Source: a virus. From it: a stretch of DNA of 64,000 bases. A program made the translations under genes and the position numbers. Under the pieces are notes generated by a model. The model worked only from the letters and a program-made list of their open reading frames with translations, was not told the DNA's origin and made no database searches. Below are positions 29,901 through 40,300 of this stretch, in pieces (the first letter of the stretch is position 1; every line of letters starts with the position of its first letter). Where the stretch lies: IMG/VR virus record IMGVR_UViG_3300030419_005541, positions 32,001 to 96,000 of that record, one strand, 5' to 3'.

Positions 29901-30808
29901 TAGAATCATTAGCTAATATTGATTTTGGTAATTATCTCGGTGACCCTCGTGACAGATATTCAGAAACATATCGAGGTCTCGAAGCGGCACAAGATAAATA
30001 TTGGCAGAAGTATAATGCACCATTTAATTTTTGGCAGTACTTAAAATTATTAAAAACATACGACCAAAGTATTTTTCCACAACTTAAAAAATTAACACCT
30101 GCTCGTGCTAATGCAAGATTTGGTATTTTAGTAGAACCTAATATACTTGAAAGAGCAAGAGAAGTAGTTGGTAAACAACCTATATTTGAAAATACATATT
30201 ATGAAACTTTACTACCAATTAGTGAATCATATTATGCACCAGGAATATCAGAGTTTAGAATGTACGGTCAACCAAATTCACCATCAACAGATACATCTTT
30301 TGATGAGATAAATCAATCAATAAAATTTTATACTAATGACCCAAGTTCGAGTGCTATGGTTATTCGAGGAGAGAATAAATTTTATGAGGGTGTGATTTCA
30401 CAAAGTAGAATGGAAAATTTTGAACATAGTATACTTGAAAGAAAAGGACAACCGGGAGATATTTATGCTTCAGCATCTGTAACATTTGGTGATTCGTTTA
30501 AAGACCAACAACCTTTACAGCCTAATGTTACAGGTTCAAGACTTAATCCTTTAAAAGGTAGAATTAAATTATTTTATAGTAGTCAATTTAGTGCATCATA
30601 TGAAATGCCTTCAAGTTTTTCATATGAACCAGCTGAAATTAACGTTCCTGCTGATTCATCTACTGCTATGAGAAGATTATTTTTTGAAGGAATTAAAAAT
30701 ACTAAACTTACAACACAAGATGGTGGATTACCTGTTGAAGTAACATTGACTTCACCAACAAGAATTGTAACAAAAGAACCAGGAGATTCAAAACTTGACA
30801 TTGAATAG
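23990..30808 (+). CDS. Large baseplate/tail protein with LamG-like domain
   Basis: EISPSRTE, KGTVRAL...YGIP...EYGG, FSGSLMEVRVW, GCTDP motif. Confidence 0.7.
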   Translation: MSSKLSERDKQILKVGGTFIPGTRRFEGGPFGNGEENDYIKLSIIEPTTNRIITSKEVAPNIIDSQIVVKPGIDIREMGFASGRFNFRYEFFRRLAGSEDVVLINTKEGNLGDIYNGPYFLKPNGDYHAGTPAQLRESGDEVAFQLMPKKMNYEVAEISPSRTEIRIRAKQINDDVYKDDLYDRGFAFKTFISDDDYRHRTNTEPVVRFYNPFNPDMTSPSNAGFGAHSGGPPVDDDPTATHLLLENGAGFSFKPIMQDASIRIKDAYVIGEREEIVITENNILSNPSGDTIIFDDNLNPQKPTGVQDIELHTDAIKVEAWSDGILGYNNPQQGFYGTGPIGYHAKWVKGEGRNGGQCIKFIDRNAIYRNDTQWPGEQGVHRPLVITSGLPAISNYGVSPGQDLFYITYFQKSSDINKGANISIKYGAGFGVGEPRPTEPPAGFHIPGTDVGEVPDSLPSGYLAEPTEERPSDELQGNSGEGLLSPGKQWFVSSIQNGLYVWEPNYAQYNTDDGASQGVLGIRKVGAQTQTSGEDGTNRTWIWRGTTWLPEIPAVIPGCTDPSALNYQSYAQEDDGSCVFEQSILPSTGDFDVVFKCRHKEFFKINPWNTFSGNESTFFLKYDETLGDYHIWQSRFGGAENAVNYRFGIESLFGNKSQPSGHSYSGDGSFGCIKASGNKVSTEDRGLDNGFQGLIPLMKRYGRIKDIAEYWRTSGSNKKKILIIYISFTEEYREVLKDLGATEDQAQGIIVEYNQRNDGEVENIDFFSAETKQENDIGTLDEFVTSVFEDGGGSDPRYWLLNTTGTPARAKTASGARIIDPFKNNDDYFQPWFGQGITQWDAIWGDDNSDKILGVIGDQVYATENSVGDNITSYLSGYPKPISDVYPGVGEKDLYVNRGCANPFANNYGEISEGDDAGDNPVIQMREFIESREVGDNVPFGGLVKIVAENAQERLPDIFGGRPYLEQRKSTLLNRLNAPSYGLRRSLNIPNVNGGNCDFSVSNDPLKNGTMSPNGFWKWNGPDAVWEYQGETPAAIEYKTIELNGQANSVVNDWEMMEGTAPIPEDMLTNEPMELIVEGHRIGGEDGNSTQGIVWVDDFDLRFQKPGETTNQNIYADYIGTIKQVQGNDLVKLDRSFDEVGTELGALQVPSNTGRENRTRGGQPVDVTRPFKNFEIRYRVNDDEELRTYVEVRGQKYLTTNFKIDRKSTPEYPHAVDYKLYTALESSVSKFDSISIIKEMAEPYEDTIDIIDYVPQDIKGTVLLSPKLEDSESPLRARPTTFHNENTLLTSNVDIKEKLQNVILSGSLEETELNVPHDKGFREFIHFSSAEKRIRNFKYKLELIESYTQSSASSAAITQASYGTEKKDKDIWHQRIRNVKNGFDTFEKYMYEQSSSFYSSSMGTFYDNSWPKVSGAGTMNSPYVLAHTTSSQATTWFNNQIVSSSEYDSRNGSYLVNNMPEFVNSQENQAYVDFVKMMGQMFDKIWLYINQVGMINDRRSSISEGLSKQLYYSVAKSLGWGLADGKDLVDLPNFILGQRASGSAGTFEEIERTEQDISREIWSRIVSNMPYFLKNKGTVRALKGLINCYGIPSSILRVKEYGGPDTPSSVNFEINRKFTKALGFRGGQRVHFSWQEASASIATDKPQFPDTVEWRFRAPFSQNQVIWNKSDNKMGIVMKDNNNADNIGSLLFYLSGSDGWKATSSSLMPIYDNEYYSAMIRRTPQSASIQNSVDYNLVVKKYDAGIDRFQYVSSNTLTINGATAAGKTYNSSWDSFGRFDIGGAAVISGAITGSVNFNKLPIQRFSGSLMEVRVWTETLNTGSFDNHANNPKAYDGNSISSSYEHIVSRYSFDDDKNLQTDTSVRDVSAKTTETQNATAVGFTGNFFESVVDRTKTLVPNLGPSKVSSNKIRIEANVVRPEFQYISGSDGMYTELQSEKPIGRGRYDFAPTDSNKLGIYFSPSDAINQDIIESLANIDFGNYLGDPRDRYSETYRGLEAAQDKYWQKYNAPFNFWQYLKLLKTYDQSIFPQLKKLTPARANARFGILVEPNILERAREVVGKQPIFENTYYETLLPISESYYAPGISEFRMYGQPNSPSTDTSFDEINQSIKFYTNDPSSSAMVIRGENKFYEGVISQSRMENFEHSILERKGQPGDIYASASVTFGDSFKDQQPLQPNVTGSRLNPLKGRIKLFYSSQFSASYEMPSSFSYEPAEINVPADSSTAMRRLFFEGIKNTKLTTQDGGLPVEVTLTSPTRIVTKEPGDSKLDIE

Positions 30809-30877
30809 TGAAGAAAAACTTAATGAACCAATATTTAATATAGAAGAATAGTCTATTTATCTAATAGGAGTCTAATT

Positions 30878-31543
30878 ATGGGATTTTTAAATAATACAAA
30901 TATTACCGTTGATGCTGTACTTACAAAGAAGGGCAGAGAACTTTTAGCCAAAGGTGAGAATCAGTTCAACATAACAAAGTTTGCTTTAGCAGACGATGAA
31001 GTCGATTATCGTTTGTGGGATGTTACACATCCTAATGGTAGTGATTTCTACGGCAACGTAATTGAGAGTATGCCTTTACTTGAAGCATTTCCTGATGAAA
31101 ATCACGTTATGCGATATAAGTTAGTAACTCTACCTAAATCAACACAAGCAATGCCGATACTTGAAGTAGCACAAAGTGCAATTACTCTGAGAAGATTAAA
31201 TTCTGTTAGTATCATAAATCCATCTACACAGAATGGTTCAGATGATACATTAGGCTATACTTTTATTCTTCATAATCAATCTATGGCGAGACTCAGAGTT
31301 AGAGCAGGTGCACAAGTAACTGCAGGTGGTACAACGGTACCATTTTTCTTAGATGAAGACGATTTACCAAATAGTATTTCAGTAGTAGGTAAAAGTGTTG
31401 AAATAAGGCCAAAAAGATTGACAAGAACACAAACTACACAAATAACCGTAGTAGGTAATGAGACAGCCGCTACTACTACTCTAAACTTAACCGTTAGACG
31501 TAATAGAACATTCGGTGTGATGTCTGCTGCGGGTCCATTATAA
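30878..31543 (+). CDS. Virion structural protein
   Basis: DAVLTKKGR...ITKFALADDEVDY. Confidence 0.65.
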   Translation: MGFLNNTNITVDAVLTKKGRELLAKGENQFNITKFALADDEVDYRLWDVTHPNGSDFYGNVIESMPLLEAFPDENHVMRYKLVTLPKSTQAMPILEVAQSAITLRRLNSVSIINPSTQNGSDDTLGYTFILHNQSMARLRVRAGAQVTAGGTTVPFFLDEDDLPNSISVVGKSVEIRPKRLTRTQTTQITVVGNETAATTTLNLTVRRNRTFGVMSAAGPL

Positions 31544-31557
31544 GGGAGGAATGACTA

Positions 31558-32610
31558 ATGGCGATTTATCAACGATTTCAAACAGAAGCTGAAAATCCTG
31601 AGAATCCTGATGTGATTTCAGGACTCAGAGATGTTATCTCTTCCGGAATGTGGAGCGGCGGAGCAGGTACATTAACTACATTCTTCACTTCATCAACACA
31701 ATCAGGTTCGACAGGTGACTATTACTTAGATGTTTATAAAGCAGACCCTGATGCGGATTCTACTGCTGAAGTTCAGTTTAGTATAGCTTATTGTCACTAT
31801 AATGGTAGTGGTTCTTTAGGAAACAGAGGAGCTACAGGTAAAAGAGCATCTGCGGCATTATATGGTCAGTTTTCAAATATATTATTAGGACCAGGTGAAG
31901 ATAAATTCACAATGGCAAGTAATCACGTTTTGAATCACGCATATGTTATTTCTCTACAAAGAGCGAGACTACGTGAAAAGATGGACCCAGGTAATTGGGA
32001 ATTACATATAAGTGGTAGTGGTGCGAGTGGCACAAGTACTATAAAACTTATTGATGATTCAGGTGCAACTACTAATCCAACCGTTAATCAAGGTGGAAGA
32101 GTATTTAATGTTGTATCAGGGTCTATTGCAAATGGTACTGCTACTATTAAAACAACTGCGGCAAATGAAACGGTTATGGGTTCTTATGGATTGTTTTATC
32201 CTGACTTAGGTATGATAGTTCTTAATCCGCATCCATTGAAAGTATTAGGTTCACCTCATATGGCTATTGTTTCGGGAAGTAATGCTGAAGCTTTTAATGC
32301 TAATAAATTGTTTAAGTCTATTAAAGCAAAATCATACTTTCAAGCTCGTAGAGAAGAAGTAATTAGTTCTACACATTATTTCTGTAGAGTCGGTAATAAA
32401 AAGTTCAACTTTTCAAGTAACCCAACATACTTTACGGCTTCAGACGGTTCTTTTACTAACCCAACGTTTTTTAAGAATCCAAAATCTTATATTACACAAG
32501 TTGGTATGTATAATGATGCTAATGAATTGTTAGCAGTAGCTAAATTAAGTAAACCTTTATTAAAGTCTTTTGCAAGGGAAGCTATCGTAAAAGTTAAACT
32601 TGATTTCTAA
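31558..32610 (+). CDS. Virion structural protein
   Basis: YITQVGMYN...LLAVAKLSKP...VKLDF. Confidence 0.65.
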   Translation: MAIYQRFQTEAENPENPDVISGLRDVISSGMWSGGAGTLTTFFTSSTQSGSTGDYYLDVYKADPDADSTAEVQFSIAYCHYNGSGSLGNRGATGKRASAALYGQFSNILLGPGEDKFTMASNHVLNHAYVISLQRARLREKMDPGNWELHISGSGASGTSTIKLIDDSGATTNPTVNQGGRVFNVVSGSIANGTATIKTTAANETVMGSYGLFYPDLGMIVLNPHPLKVLGSPHMAIVSGSNAEAFNANKLFKSIKAKSYFQARREEVISSTHYFCRVGNKKFNFSSNPTYFTASDGSFTNPTFFKNPKSYITQVGMYNDANELLAVAKLSKPLLKSFAREAIVKVKLDF

Positions 32611-32625
32611 TAAGGAGGAACTAAG

Positions 32626-33678
32626 GTGTTTCGTAGAATACCTCCTGACGATATTAGCATAACTCCATTTACGAGTCACAAATCATTCTCGTTTACAAAC
32701 AATGATACAGGCTCGTTTGGTGTCTACTCATATCAAGCAGTTTCACAATCTTTGTTTAACTATGCGAGTGCAAGTGATAGTATCACTTTTGTATCATCTT
32801 CGTATCCTGCTTCTTCATATACATTTTTCAAACAACCAACTTATTGGTGGGCAAAGAATAGATACTACAATACATTTACTGACAGGACACCAGGACCTTT
32901 TAATAATTTTGGTGGCAGTAATGTTTATACTAAATTAGATATACACGGACAAGTAAATGTAATATCAATACCATCTTCTTTTTATGGTGAAAAAATAAAA
33001 CCTGGTAGTGTTGTATTAACAGATAATAGTCCTGGTCATAAAACTTTAGATTTAAGAGATGATGGTTTTGGTAATTTATATGACCACACGTATTCTGCTT
33101 CTTTTGCCGCATATCAATCTTCTTCGTATGACACGACTAAACTTGTACATAGTGGTTCACAAATAATAAATGGTGTTGTAGGTAATATATTTTATGCTGA
33201 TGGTATAATAGTAATTACAGATACAGGAAGTTTGTATAATGGTGTTGGTGTTAATACGGGTAGTGATGGTTGGGAAATAAACTTAAAATCATCAGTAAAG
33301 AATGTAGAGTATGAATATCTATGTGAAGTACCTGAGTTTAAATTTAATAAATCAACTAACATAACCACAACATTTGAAAGAAGTGGTTCTATAGAAGTAC
33401 CTGAAAGTGGTTCTGCATATAAATTCTTTCCTCCAGGTAACGCACCTAAACACAATCTTAATTCAATCAGTGCGAGTTCATATGGTGACAAAGCATTTAG
33501 TGCCACAGAGAAAGTCGCAGATTTTGTTACGGGTTCTAAGTTCGCACCGTACATAACACAAATTGGACTCTACAACGACCAAAATCAGCTGTTGGCATAT
33601 GGTAAATTAGCTAACCCAATAAAAAATGATGACGAATTAGCACTCGGATTTGTTGTTCGTTTTGACGTTAACTCATAA
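32626..33678 (+). CDS. Virion structural protein (paralogue of preceding gene)
   Basis: DDGFGNL, YITQIGLYN...LLAYGKLANP...VRFD. Confidence 0.65.
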   Translation: MFRRIPPDDISITPFTSHKSFSFTNNDTGSFGVYSYQAVSQSLFNYASASDSITFVSSSYPASSYTFFKQPTYWWAKNRYYNTFTDRTPGPFNNFGGSNVYTKLDIHGQVNVISIPSSFYGEKIKPGSVVLTDNSPGHKTLDLRDDGFGNLYDHTYSASFAAYQSSSYDTTKLVHSGSQIINGVVGNIFYADGIIVITDTGSLYNGVGVNTGSDGWEINLKSSVKNVEYEYLCEVPEFKFNKSTNITTTFERSGSIEVPESGSAYKFFPPGNAPKHNLNSISASSYGDKAFSATEKVADFVTGSKFAPYITQIGLYNDQNQLLAYGKLANPIKNDDELALGFVVRFDVNS

Positions 33679-33686
33679 TTATAGTT

Positions 33687-34607
33687 ATGAAGCTGAAAGA
33701 CATACTAAACGAAAAGATTGAACTTGATGTAGAGATTGGTGATACTATTCTTGTAGGTAGATTTAAAAACAAGAAGTTAGTAGTAAAAGACATTGGAAAA
33801 GATTCACACGGAATGCCGACTATTAATGGTAGAAAAGTTACTACGTTTCGTACTATGAAAAAAGATGAAGCTGTAGATGAAGCTTCTGATTTCAAAAAAG
33901 CTCACAAAAAATTTAAAGAGACAGGTGAACTACCACCACACTTAAAAAAATTAGTAAAAGATTTAAATAAAGTAAAAGTAAAACACAAAGTAAAAAATGT
34001 TGTCGTTCCTGGATTAGAATGGATGTCTGATATAGATGAAGGGACTTGTGGATATAGTATTGATGGTGAAGGCGATGATGAACCTGCAGGACCACATTTA
34101 CTAAAGAAAGAAAGCAAAGAACAGATTAAAGTTATACACGACTTTCTTACAAAACATACAAAATCTGCTAAGAAAGCCTCTGCTATGATTAAAAAATATT
34201 ATAACAAAGTCAAGAAACAATTCAGAGGAGATTCTACGAGAGACATAGCTATGGCAATTATAGGCTATGATGTTATAGGAGAAGGTAAACAAGATATAGA
34301 TAAGTTGTATGCTTTCTACTCTCAAGCAATGCAAATGGTCCCTAATAGTCCACAACAAAAAAAATTAAAAACCAAGATAAAAGCTCTACGTAAGAAATTA
34401 AAGATGGATGAATCAATCATTAAAGAAATGTCTCCTGAAAAGAGAGCATTTCTTATGTTAAGAATTTATGGTGATAGTTGGAAAGTAAATTTAGGTAAAG
34501 TCTTTTCAGGAATCAATAAACAGAAACCTGGAATGATAAAGAAAGGTCTTAAAGAAATCAAAATACTCAATAAAAAGATTGAGGAAATGATAGAAGACTT
34601 AGTGTGA
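33687..34607 (+). CDS. Modular putative head-internal protein
   Basis: MKLKDILNE leader; segments bounded by VDE/IDE/IKE. Confidence 0.55.
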   Translation: MKLKDILNEKIELDVEIGDTILVGRFKNKKLVVKDIGKDSHGMPTINGRKVTTFRTMKKDEAVDEASDFKKAHKKFKETGELPPHLKKLVKDLNKVKVKHKVKNVVVPGLEWMSDIDEGTCGYSIDGEGDDEPAGPHLLKKESKEQIKVIHDFLTKHTKSAKKASAMIKKYYNKVKKQFRGDSTRDIAMAIIGYDVIGEGKQDIDKLYAFYSQAMQMVPNSPQQKKLKTKIKALRKKLKMDESIIKEMSPEKRAFLMLRIYGDSWKVNLGKVFSGINKQKPGMIKKGLKEIKILNKKIEEMIEDLV

Positions 34608-34963
34608 TTAGTCTTAAAAAAATTTTAAATGAAGTAATTGCTTGTGGTGAATGTGTTCAATGGGCATGGAAATATTATATGACTAATCAACACGATAAAA
34701 AAGCTAAAGTTGTATTTGGTACGGTTCAGAACGATTGGGTTTCTAAAGGTAAACGATACAAGCACGTTTGGATTATTAATAAAAAAGGTATCGTAGAAGA
34801 TTGGCAAACAATGGTAGCAGGTTCAAGTAAATATGCTTTTAAGGGAATGCCAATGAAATTTTTTAAAGATACTTGGAATCCAAAAGTAAACAAAATGTAT
34901 GGAATGGAGCAAGCAGCTGAACATTTTAAAAGAACTAAAACAATGTTAGGTTGGAAGTGGTAG
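34604..34963 (+). CDS. Putative head-internal protein with C...H...D triad-like pattern
   Basis: MISLKKILNE leader; GEC...HVW...ED. Confidence 0.5.
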   Translation: MISLKKILNEVIACGECVQWAWKYYMTNQHDKKAKVVFGTVQNDWVSKGKRYKHVWIINKKGIVEDWQTMVAGSSKYAFKGMPMKFFKDTWNPKVNKMYGMEQAAEHFKRTKTMLGWKW

Positions 34964-34972
34964 AGACCTCGT

Positions 34973-35188
34973 ATGATTAGACTTGAGATAAAAGGAAATA
35001 AAGAACAAACAATTACAAACGTGTGTAATGAGTGTGGTCGTAAAATAAAAGATTTAGAACTTCAAGATATTGTAGTAGCACCAAAACCTGATATGAGTTT
35101 AACGTTACACGATTCTGAAGGTAAAGACATAACACGTACTGAAATAGACGAAGATTTAAAAGTATCTAAATGTGTAAATTGTGCTTGA
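34973..35188 (+). CDS. Small Zn-ribbon protein
   Basis: CNEC...CVNC. Confidence 0.6.
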   Translation: MIRLEIKGNKEQTITNVCNECGRKIKDLELQDIVVAPKPDMSLTLHDSEGKDITRTEIDEDLKVSKCVNCA

Positions 35189-35202
35189 CTTTATGGTAAA
35201 TT

Positions 35203-35967
35203 ATGATTAAATTAAAACAGATATTGAGAGAGTATATCTCTACAGGTCAACTAAATCAAGTTGAAAAGTATCTTGATAGAGTTTGGGCTAAAGTTGGTAT
35301 TGATGTAGAGTTTACTAAACACTTTCACGATAGAGTGAATGATGCACGAAATATCAAACCTATTTCTACAGCTGAAGTAATAAAGATATTTAGAGAAGTG
35401 TATAAAAAGTTTGGTAAACAAATATCTACTTTACCTGATGGTATTAATTTACTTTTTAAAGATATGAGAAGTGACATCAATGTTCCTGTAGTATTAAGAT
35501 ACGACAAATTAAATAAAGAAATAGATATGATATCAAAAACGGTTATGAGAAAAAAGAATTTCAAGTCAAGTACTAAAAAGTATTCTGTAGAAAATAAATT
35601 AAACGAAAGAGTAGATTATTTACATATAGGACAAGAGTTAGTAAAAGCATATGGTTTAAAATCAAAAGTTAGATTTACATCAGGAAGTACATTAGCAGAA
35701 TATGTACCTGAAACTGATACGATATACCTCAGACGTTCATATCCAAATATGAAAGAATTTGTAATAACTATACTACACGAAATCAAACACGCTCTTGATG
35801 CTAAACAACTTGGTAGAAGAAAATTTATAAAGAAATATGCTCAAGCAGGTACAATGGCTCAGTACAAAGGATTAGACCCTCACGATGATAATAAGTGGGA
35901 AGAACGTGCTGAGAGATGGGCGAGAAACGAATTTAAACGTATAAAAAATAAATTGAATTTTAAGTAA
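35203..35967 (+). CDS. Two-module protein with C-terminal HExxH metallopeptidase-like domain
   Basis: MIKLKQILRE leader; FTKHFHDR module; LHEIKH...EERA. Confidence 0.65.
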   Translation: MIKLKQILREYISTGQLNQVEKYLDRVWAKVGIDVEFTKHFHDRVNDARNIKPISTAEVIKIFREVYKKFGKQISTLPDGINLLFKDMRSDINVPVVLRYDKLNKEIDMISKTVMRKKNFKSSTKKYSVENKLNERVDYLHIGQELVKAYGLKSKVRFTSGSTLAEYVPETDTIYLRRSYPNMKEFVITILHEIKHALDAKQLGRRKFIKKYAQAGTMAQYKGLDPHDDNKWEERAERWARNEFKRIKNKLNFK

Positions 35968-36132
35968 TTTAGGTAATACTTATTATTGTAATAACGTTAT
36001 ATACACACTCTCTAAAGGTTTCATTTAAATCTAATAGAACCTTTATGGATACTGATTAAAACGTTACACTTAGCAATTAACTAATATAACTTAATAACTA
36101 ATAGCTTAAATAAACTAAAACTAATATAGTAT

Positions 36133-36462
36133 ATGATTTCAACATCCGCTCGAAAGGCTAAAGGCCGTCGTTTACAAAATAAAGTTCGTGAACTTTTAAT
36201 CGAAAAATTTGATTTACATCCTGATGATATAAAAACAGCTGTTATGGGTGAATCAGGAGAAGACATAAGATTAGCACACTCTGCTCGAAAGAAATTTCCA
36301 TTCTCTGTAGAATGTAAGAATCAAGAAAAATTAAACATATGGTCATCGTTAGAACAAGCAGAAGATAACGCAAGTGACTATACACCATTATTAATATTTA
36401 AACGTAATCGTTCAAAAACTTACGTTACATTATCACTTGAGGATTTTTTAGACCTATTATAA
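36133..36462 (+). CDS. PD-(D/E)xK Holliday-junction-resolvase-like nuclease
   Basis: KAKGRRLQ...GED...VECKNQE. Confidence 0.75.
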   Translation: MISTSARKAKGRRLQNKVRELLIEKFDLHPDDIKTAVMGESGEDIRLAHSARKKFPFSVECKNQEKLNIWSSLEQAEDNASDYTPLLIFKRNRSKTYVTLSLEDFLDLL

Positions 36463-36463
36463 T

Positions 36464-37372
36464 ATGATAGACGTTATAAGTGTATTAACACGCGCTTTAG
36501 GTAGTCGTTACAAAAAAGCTAAACAAGGACAAGAAGTAATTTATCATTGTCCTTTTTGCCACCACCATAAGCCAAAGTTACAAATTAGTTTGTTGTCACA
36601 AAAGTGGCATTGTTGGGTGTGTGATAAAAAAGGTCGTTCACTCTATACATTACTAAAACTTATCAGAGCTCCTAAAGCATTGATAGATGAAGTACGTGAA
36701 TATAAACCTAATTATAAAGTAAAAAAAGTTGAAGAAAATCAAACTTTATATTTACCTAAAGAGTTTAAAAATTTTATATACGACCCAGGAACTTCTGTAT
36801 ATTATGAACAAGCATATACGTTTCTAAAAGACAGAGGTGTAGATGCGACAGAGATAGCGAGATATGGAATAGGGTATTGTACAGAAGGTACATATGCTGA
36901 AAGAATAATCATACCAAGTTATGATAAAGATGGTATCTTAAATTATTTCACAGCACGTTCTTTTACAGGTTCAAATTACAAATATAAAAATCCACCTGTT
37001 AGTAAAGATGTTATAGGATTTGAATTTTTTGTTAATTGGAATGAGCCAATAATTTTGTGTGAAGGACCATTCGATGCTTTGAGTATTAAGAGAAATGCGA
37101 TACCATTATTTGGTAAGACTATTCCTAAAACATTATTGAAAAAGATTTATGAACAGAGAGTTAAAGAAATATATATTGTGTTAGATGATGATGCAAGACA
37201 AGATAGTATTAAATTAATTGATAAATTAATGAAGGATGGTATAAACGTATATTTTGTTCAGTTAAAAGAAAAAGACCCAAATGATTTAGGGTTTAGTAAA
37301 GTGTGGGATGTTATACATTCTACAAATCAAGTAACATTTTCAGATTTTATAAAGCATAGGTTATATGGATAA
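36464..37372 (+). CDS. DNA primase
   Basis: CPFC...CWVC zinc finger; TOPRIM EGPFD, LDDD, KDPN. Confidence 0.9.
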   Translation: MIDVISVLTRALGSRYKKAKQGQEVIYHCPFCHHHKPKLQISLLSQKWHCWVCDKKGRSLYTLLKLIRAPKALIDEVREYKPNYKVKKVEENQTLYLPKEFKNFIYDPGTSVYYEQAYTFLKDRGVDATEIARYGIGYCTEGTYAERIIIPSYDKDGILNYFTARSFTGSNYKYKNPPVSKDVIGFEFFVNWNEPIILCEGPFDALSIKRNAIPLFGKTIPKTLLKKIYEQRVKEIYIVLDDDARQDSIKLIDKLMKDGINVYFVQLKEKDPNDLGFSKVWDVIHSTNQVTFSDFIKHRLYG

Positions 37373-40300
37373 ATTAAAATACATACATCACATATCTGAT
37401 ATTCAGATTAGAAATTTAAAAAGACATAAAGAATATAATGAAGTATTCGAAAGAACTTACAGAGAAATTGAGAAATACAAAGATGATGCTGTAGTTTACA
37501 TTGGTGGTGACATAGCACATAGTAAAACTGATATGAGTCCTGAGTTAATAAAAATGTTATCAGACTTATTTGTTAATCTTGCAGATATATGTCCTACAAT
37601 TTTAATTGCAGGTAATCACGATTGTAATTTAAATAATTTAAATCGTTTAGATGTACTGAGTCCTATTGTTGATAATTTAAAACATCCTAATTTACTTTAT
37701 TACAAGAAAGGTGGTATCTATCCTTATGCTGATGTTAACTTTGTTGTATGGGATGTTTGGGATAATCCTAAAAATTATTTACAAGCAAAAGATGTACCTG
37801 GTGACAATAAGATATTATTGTTTCACGGAACGGTTGATAAATCTGAAACTGATTTAGGATTCAAATTACCATCAGATGTTAAAATGTCTCAAATGAAAGG
37901 ATATGACCTTGTACTACTTGGTGATATTCACAAGAGACAATTTATGAATAAAGCAAAAACGATTGCATATTGTGGTTCATTAGTTCAACAAAATCACGGA
38001 GAAGAATTAGGTCATGGATATTTAAGATGGGATGTACCAACTCGTAAATCTACATACGTTGAGATACCAAATGATTATGGTTACTATACTTTAGATATTG
38101 ATAAAGGAAAAGTTCCTGATGTAACTGATATGCCTAAAAAAGCAAGATTGAGATTACGTGTAAAAGATACAACGAGTACTAATCTTAAAAAAGCTATGAA
38201 ACAGATTCGTGATAAATATGGTATCGAAGAGATGACCGTAACACGAACTGATAGATTATTGGCAGAAGATAAAGTTAGAAGTGACGTAATCAATATCGGT
38301 GATGTACACGATGAGAATTATCGTTTTTCTTTAATCGATGAATATCTAAAAAATAATTTTATGATTGACGATGATATGTCTGTAGGTGTTAGTAAGATAA
38401 ACAAATATTTACAAGACTATTTGAAGTCAAGTGATGTAACGAGAAATCTTAGATGGAAACTTAAAAAGTTTGAGTTTTCAAATATGTTTAGTTACGGTGA
38501 AAATAATTCTGTTGATTTTAGTAAGTTAAATGGTATAGTAGGATTATTTGCACTCAATGCTTCAGGTAAATCTTCTTTATTAGATGCTTTAACATTTTGT
38601 TTGTATGATAAATCAAGTAGAGCACCTCGAGCAAAAAATGTTTTGAATAATAAGAAAGAAACATTCCATTGTAAAGCAGAATTAGAAATTGATGGTAAAC
38701 CTTATTTTATTGAAAGAAAAGCAAAACTTATAAAAAGAACACAACACGTAAAAGTAGATGTTGACTTTTGGACCGTAGACGATGGTGGTGAAAAAGTAAG
38801 TTTAAATGATGAACAAAGAAGAACTACAGATGTTAATATCAGAAAATATATTGGTACTTATGATGATTTTATTTTGACTTCAATGTCACTTCAAAATAAC
38901 AATACCGTTTTTATTGATAAGACACAGAAAGAAAGAAAAGAGTTAATGGCACAATTTATGGGACTTGGTGTCTTTGATGAATTGTATGTTTTAGCAAATC
39001 AAGAAGTAAATGAAATACAAGCAATATTAAAAGAATTTGAAAAATCAGATTATGATGTAGAACTAAGTGATATTGAAAAAGAATCAAAACAATATAAAAA
39101 AGATTTAGTAGATGTTGAAAAAAATATTGTAGATTTAGAAAAAGATTTGACAGACAAAGAACAAGAGTTACTATCTTTTACTAAACAATTAAAAAATATC
39201 GATGAGACTTTAGACATAAAAGAATTAGAAAAAGAATATGAAAAAGTATCTGAGGAATTAGATTCAGTAGACGAAGAACACGCTGATGCAAATGATAAAA
39301 TAGAATGGGTAGATAACACTATTGATAATCTTGAATCTGATTTAGAAGATATTGGCGCAGATGATGTTGAAACACAATTCAATAAATTGTCTAATTTAAA
39401 ATCTCAAAAACACGAAATAAAAGTAGAAATAGATAAACTAAAAATAGATGTACAAAACAAACTTGACAAGATTAAAAAATTAGGTGATTTACAATATGAC
39501 CCTGATTGTGAATATTGTATGGATAATGTTTTTGTAAAAGATGCTATTAAGACTCAACAAGATTTACAAACTGATAAAGAAATTAGTGATGAGTTAGTTA
39601 AAAAGTTTGATGACGTAGAACAACAAATTGATAAACTTACAGAATACGAAGATAAAAAAGATTCTTTAGATAAGATTGTAATTGAACTTAATCAATTTAG
39701 AGATTCATCAAAAGATTTAGAAAACAAAGTTTCTATTTTATCAGAAAGAATAACATCTCTTTCAGGTGCAAAAGAAGTATTAGATGAGAAGATTGAAAAG
39801 TATTACAAACTTGAAAGTGATATGGTTTTTAATGAAAAGATAAATGATAAGATTGAAGATGCAGAAAATGATTTAGCTAATTGGAGAAAAAGTATAAAAA
39901 TACTTTTATCAGGTAAGTCTGATATGGTAAGTGCTATTGCACGTTTAGATTCTAAGAAAGAAACAATCGATGAAAATATTAAGAAGATAAAAAAATTAGA
40001 ATCAAGATACTCTGCATATAAATATTTTATCGAAGCAGTACAAAGAGATGGTGTTCCTTATGAATTAATTTCAAAAGCATTACCTGTCGTTGAAGGTGCT
40101 GTTAATGACATACTTGCACAAATTGTTGATTTTCAAATCTTATTTGAAATGGATGGTAAAAATATTAATTGTCACATTGTATATGATGAAGATAATGTGT
40201 GGCCATTAGAACTATCATCCGGTATGGAAAGATTTATATCATCACTTGCTATTCGTGTTGGATTGATAAATGTATCTAATCTACCCGCATCAGACTTCCT

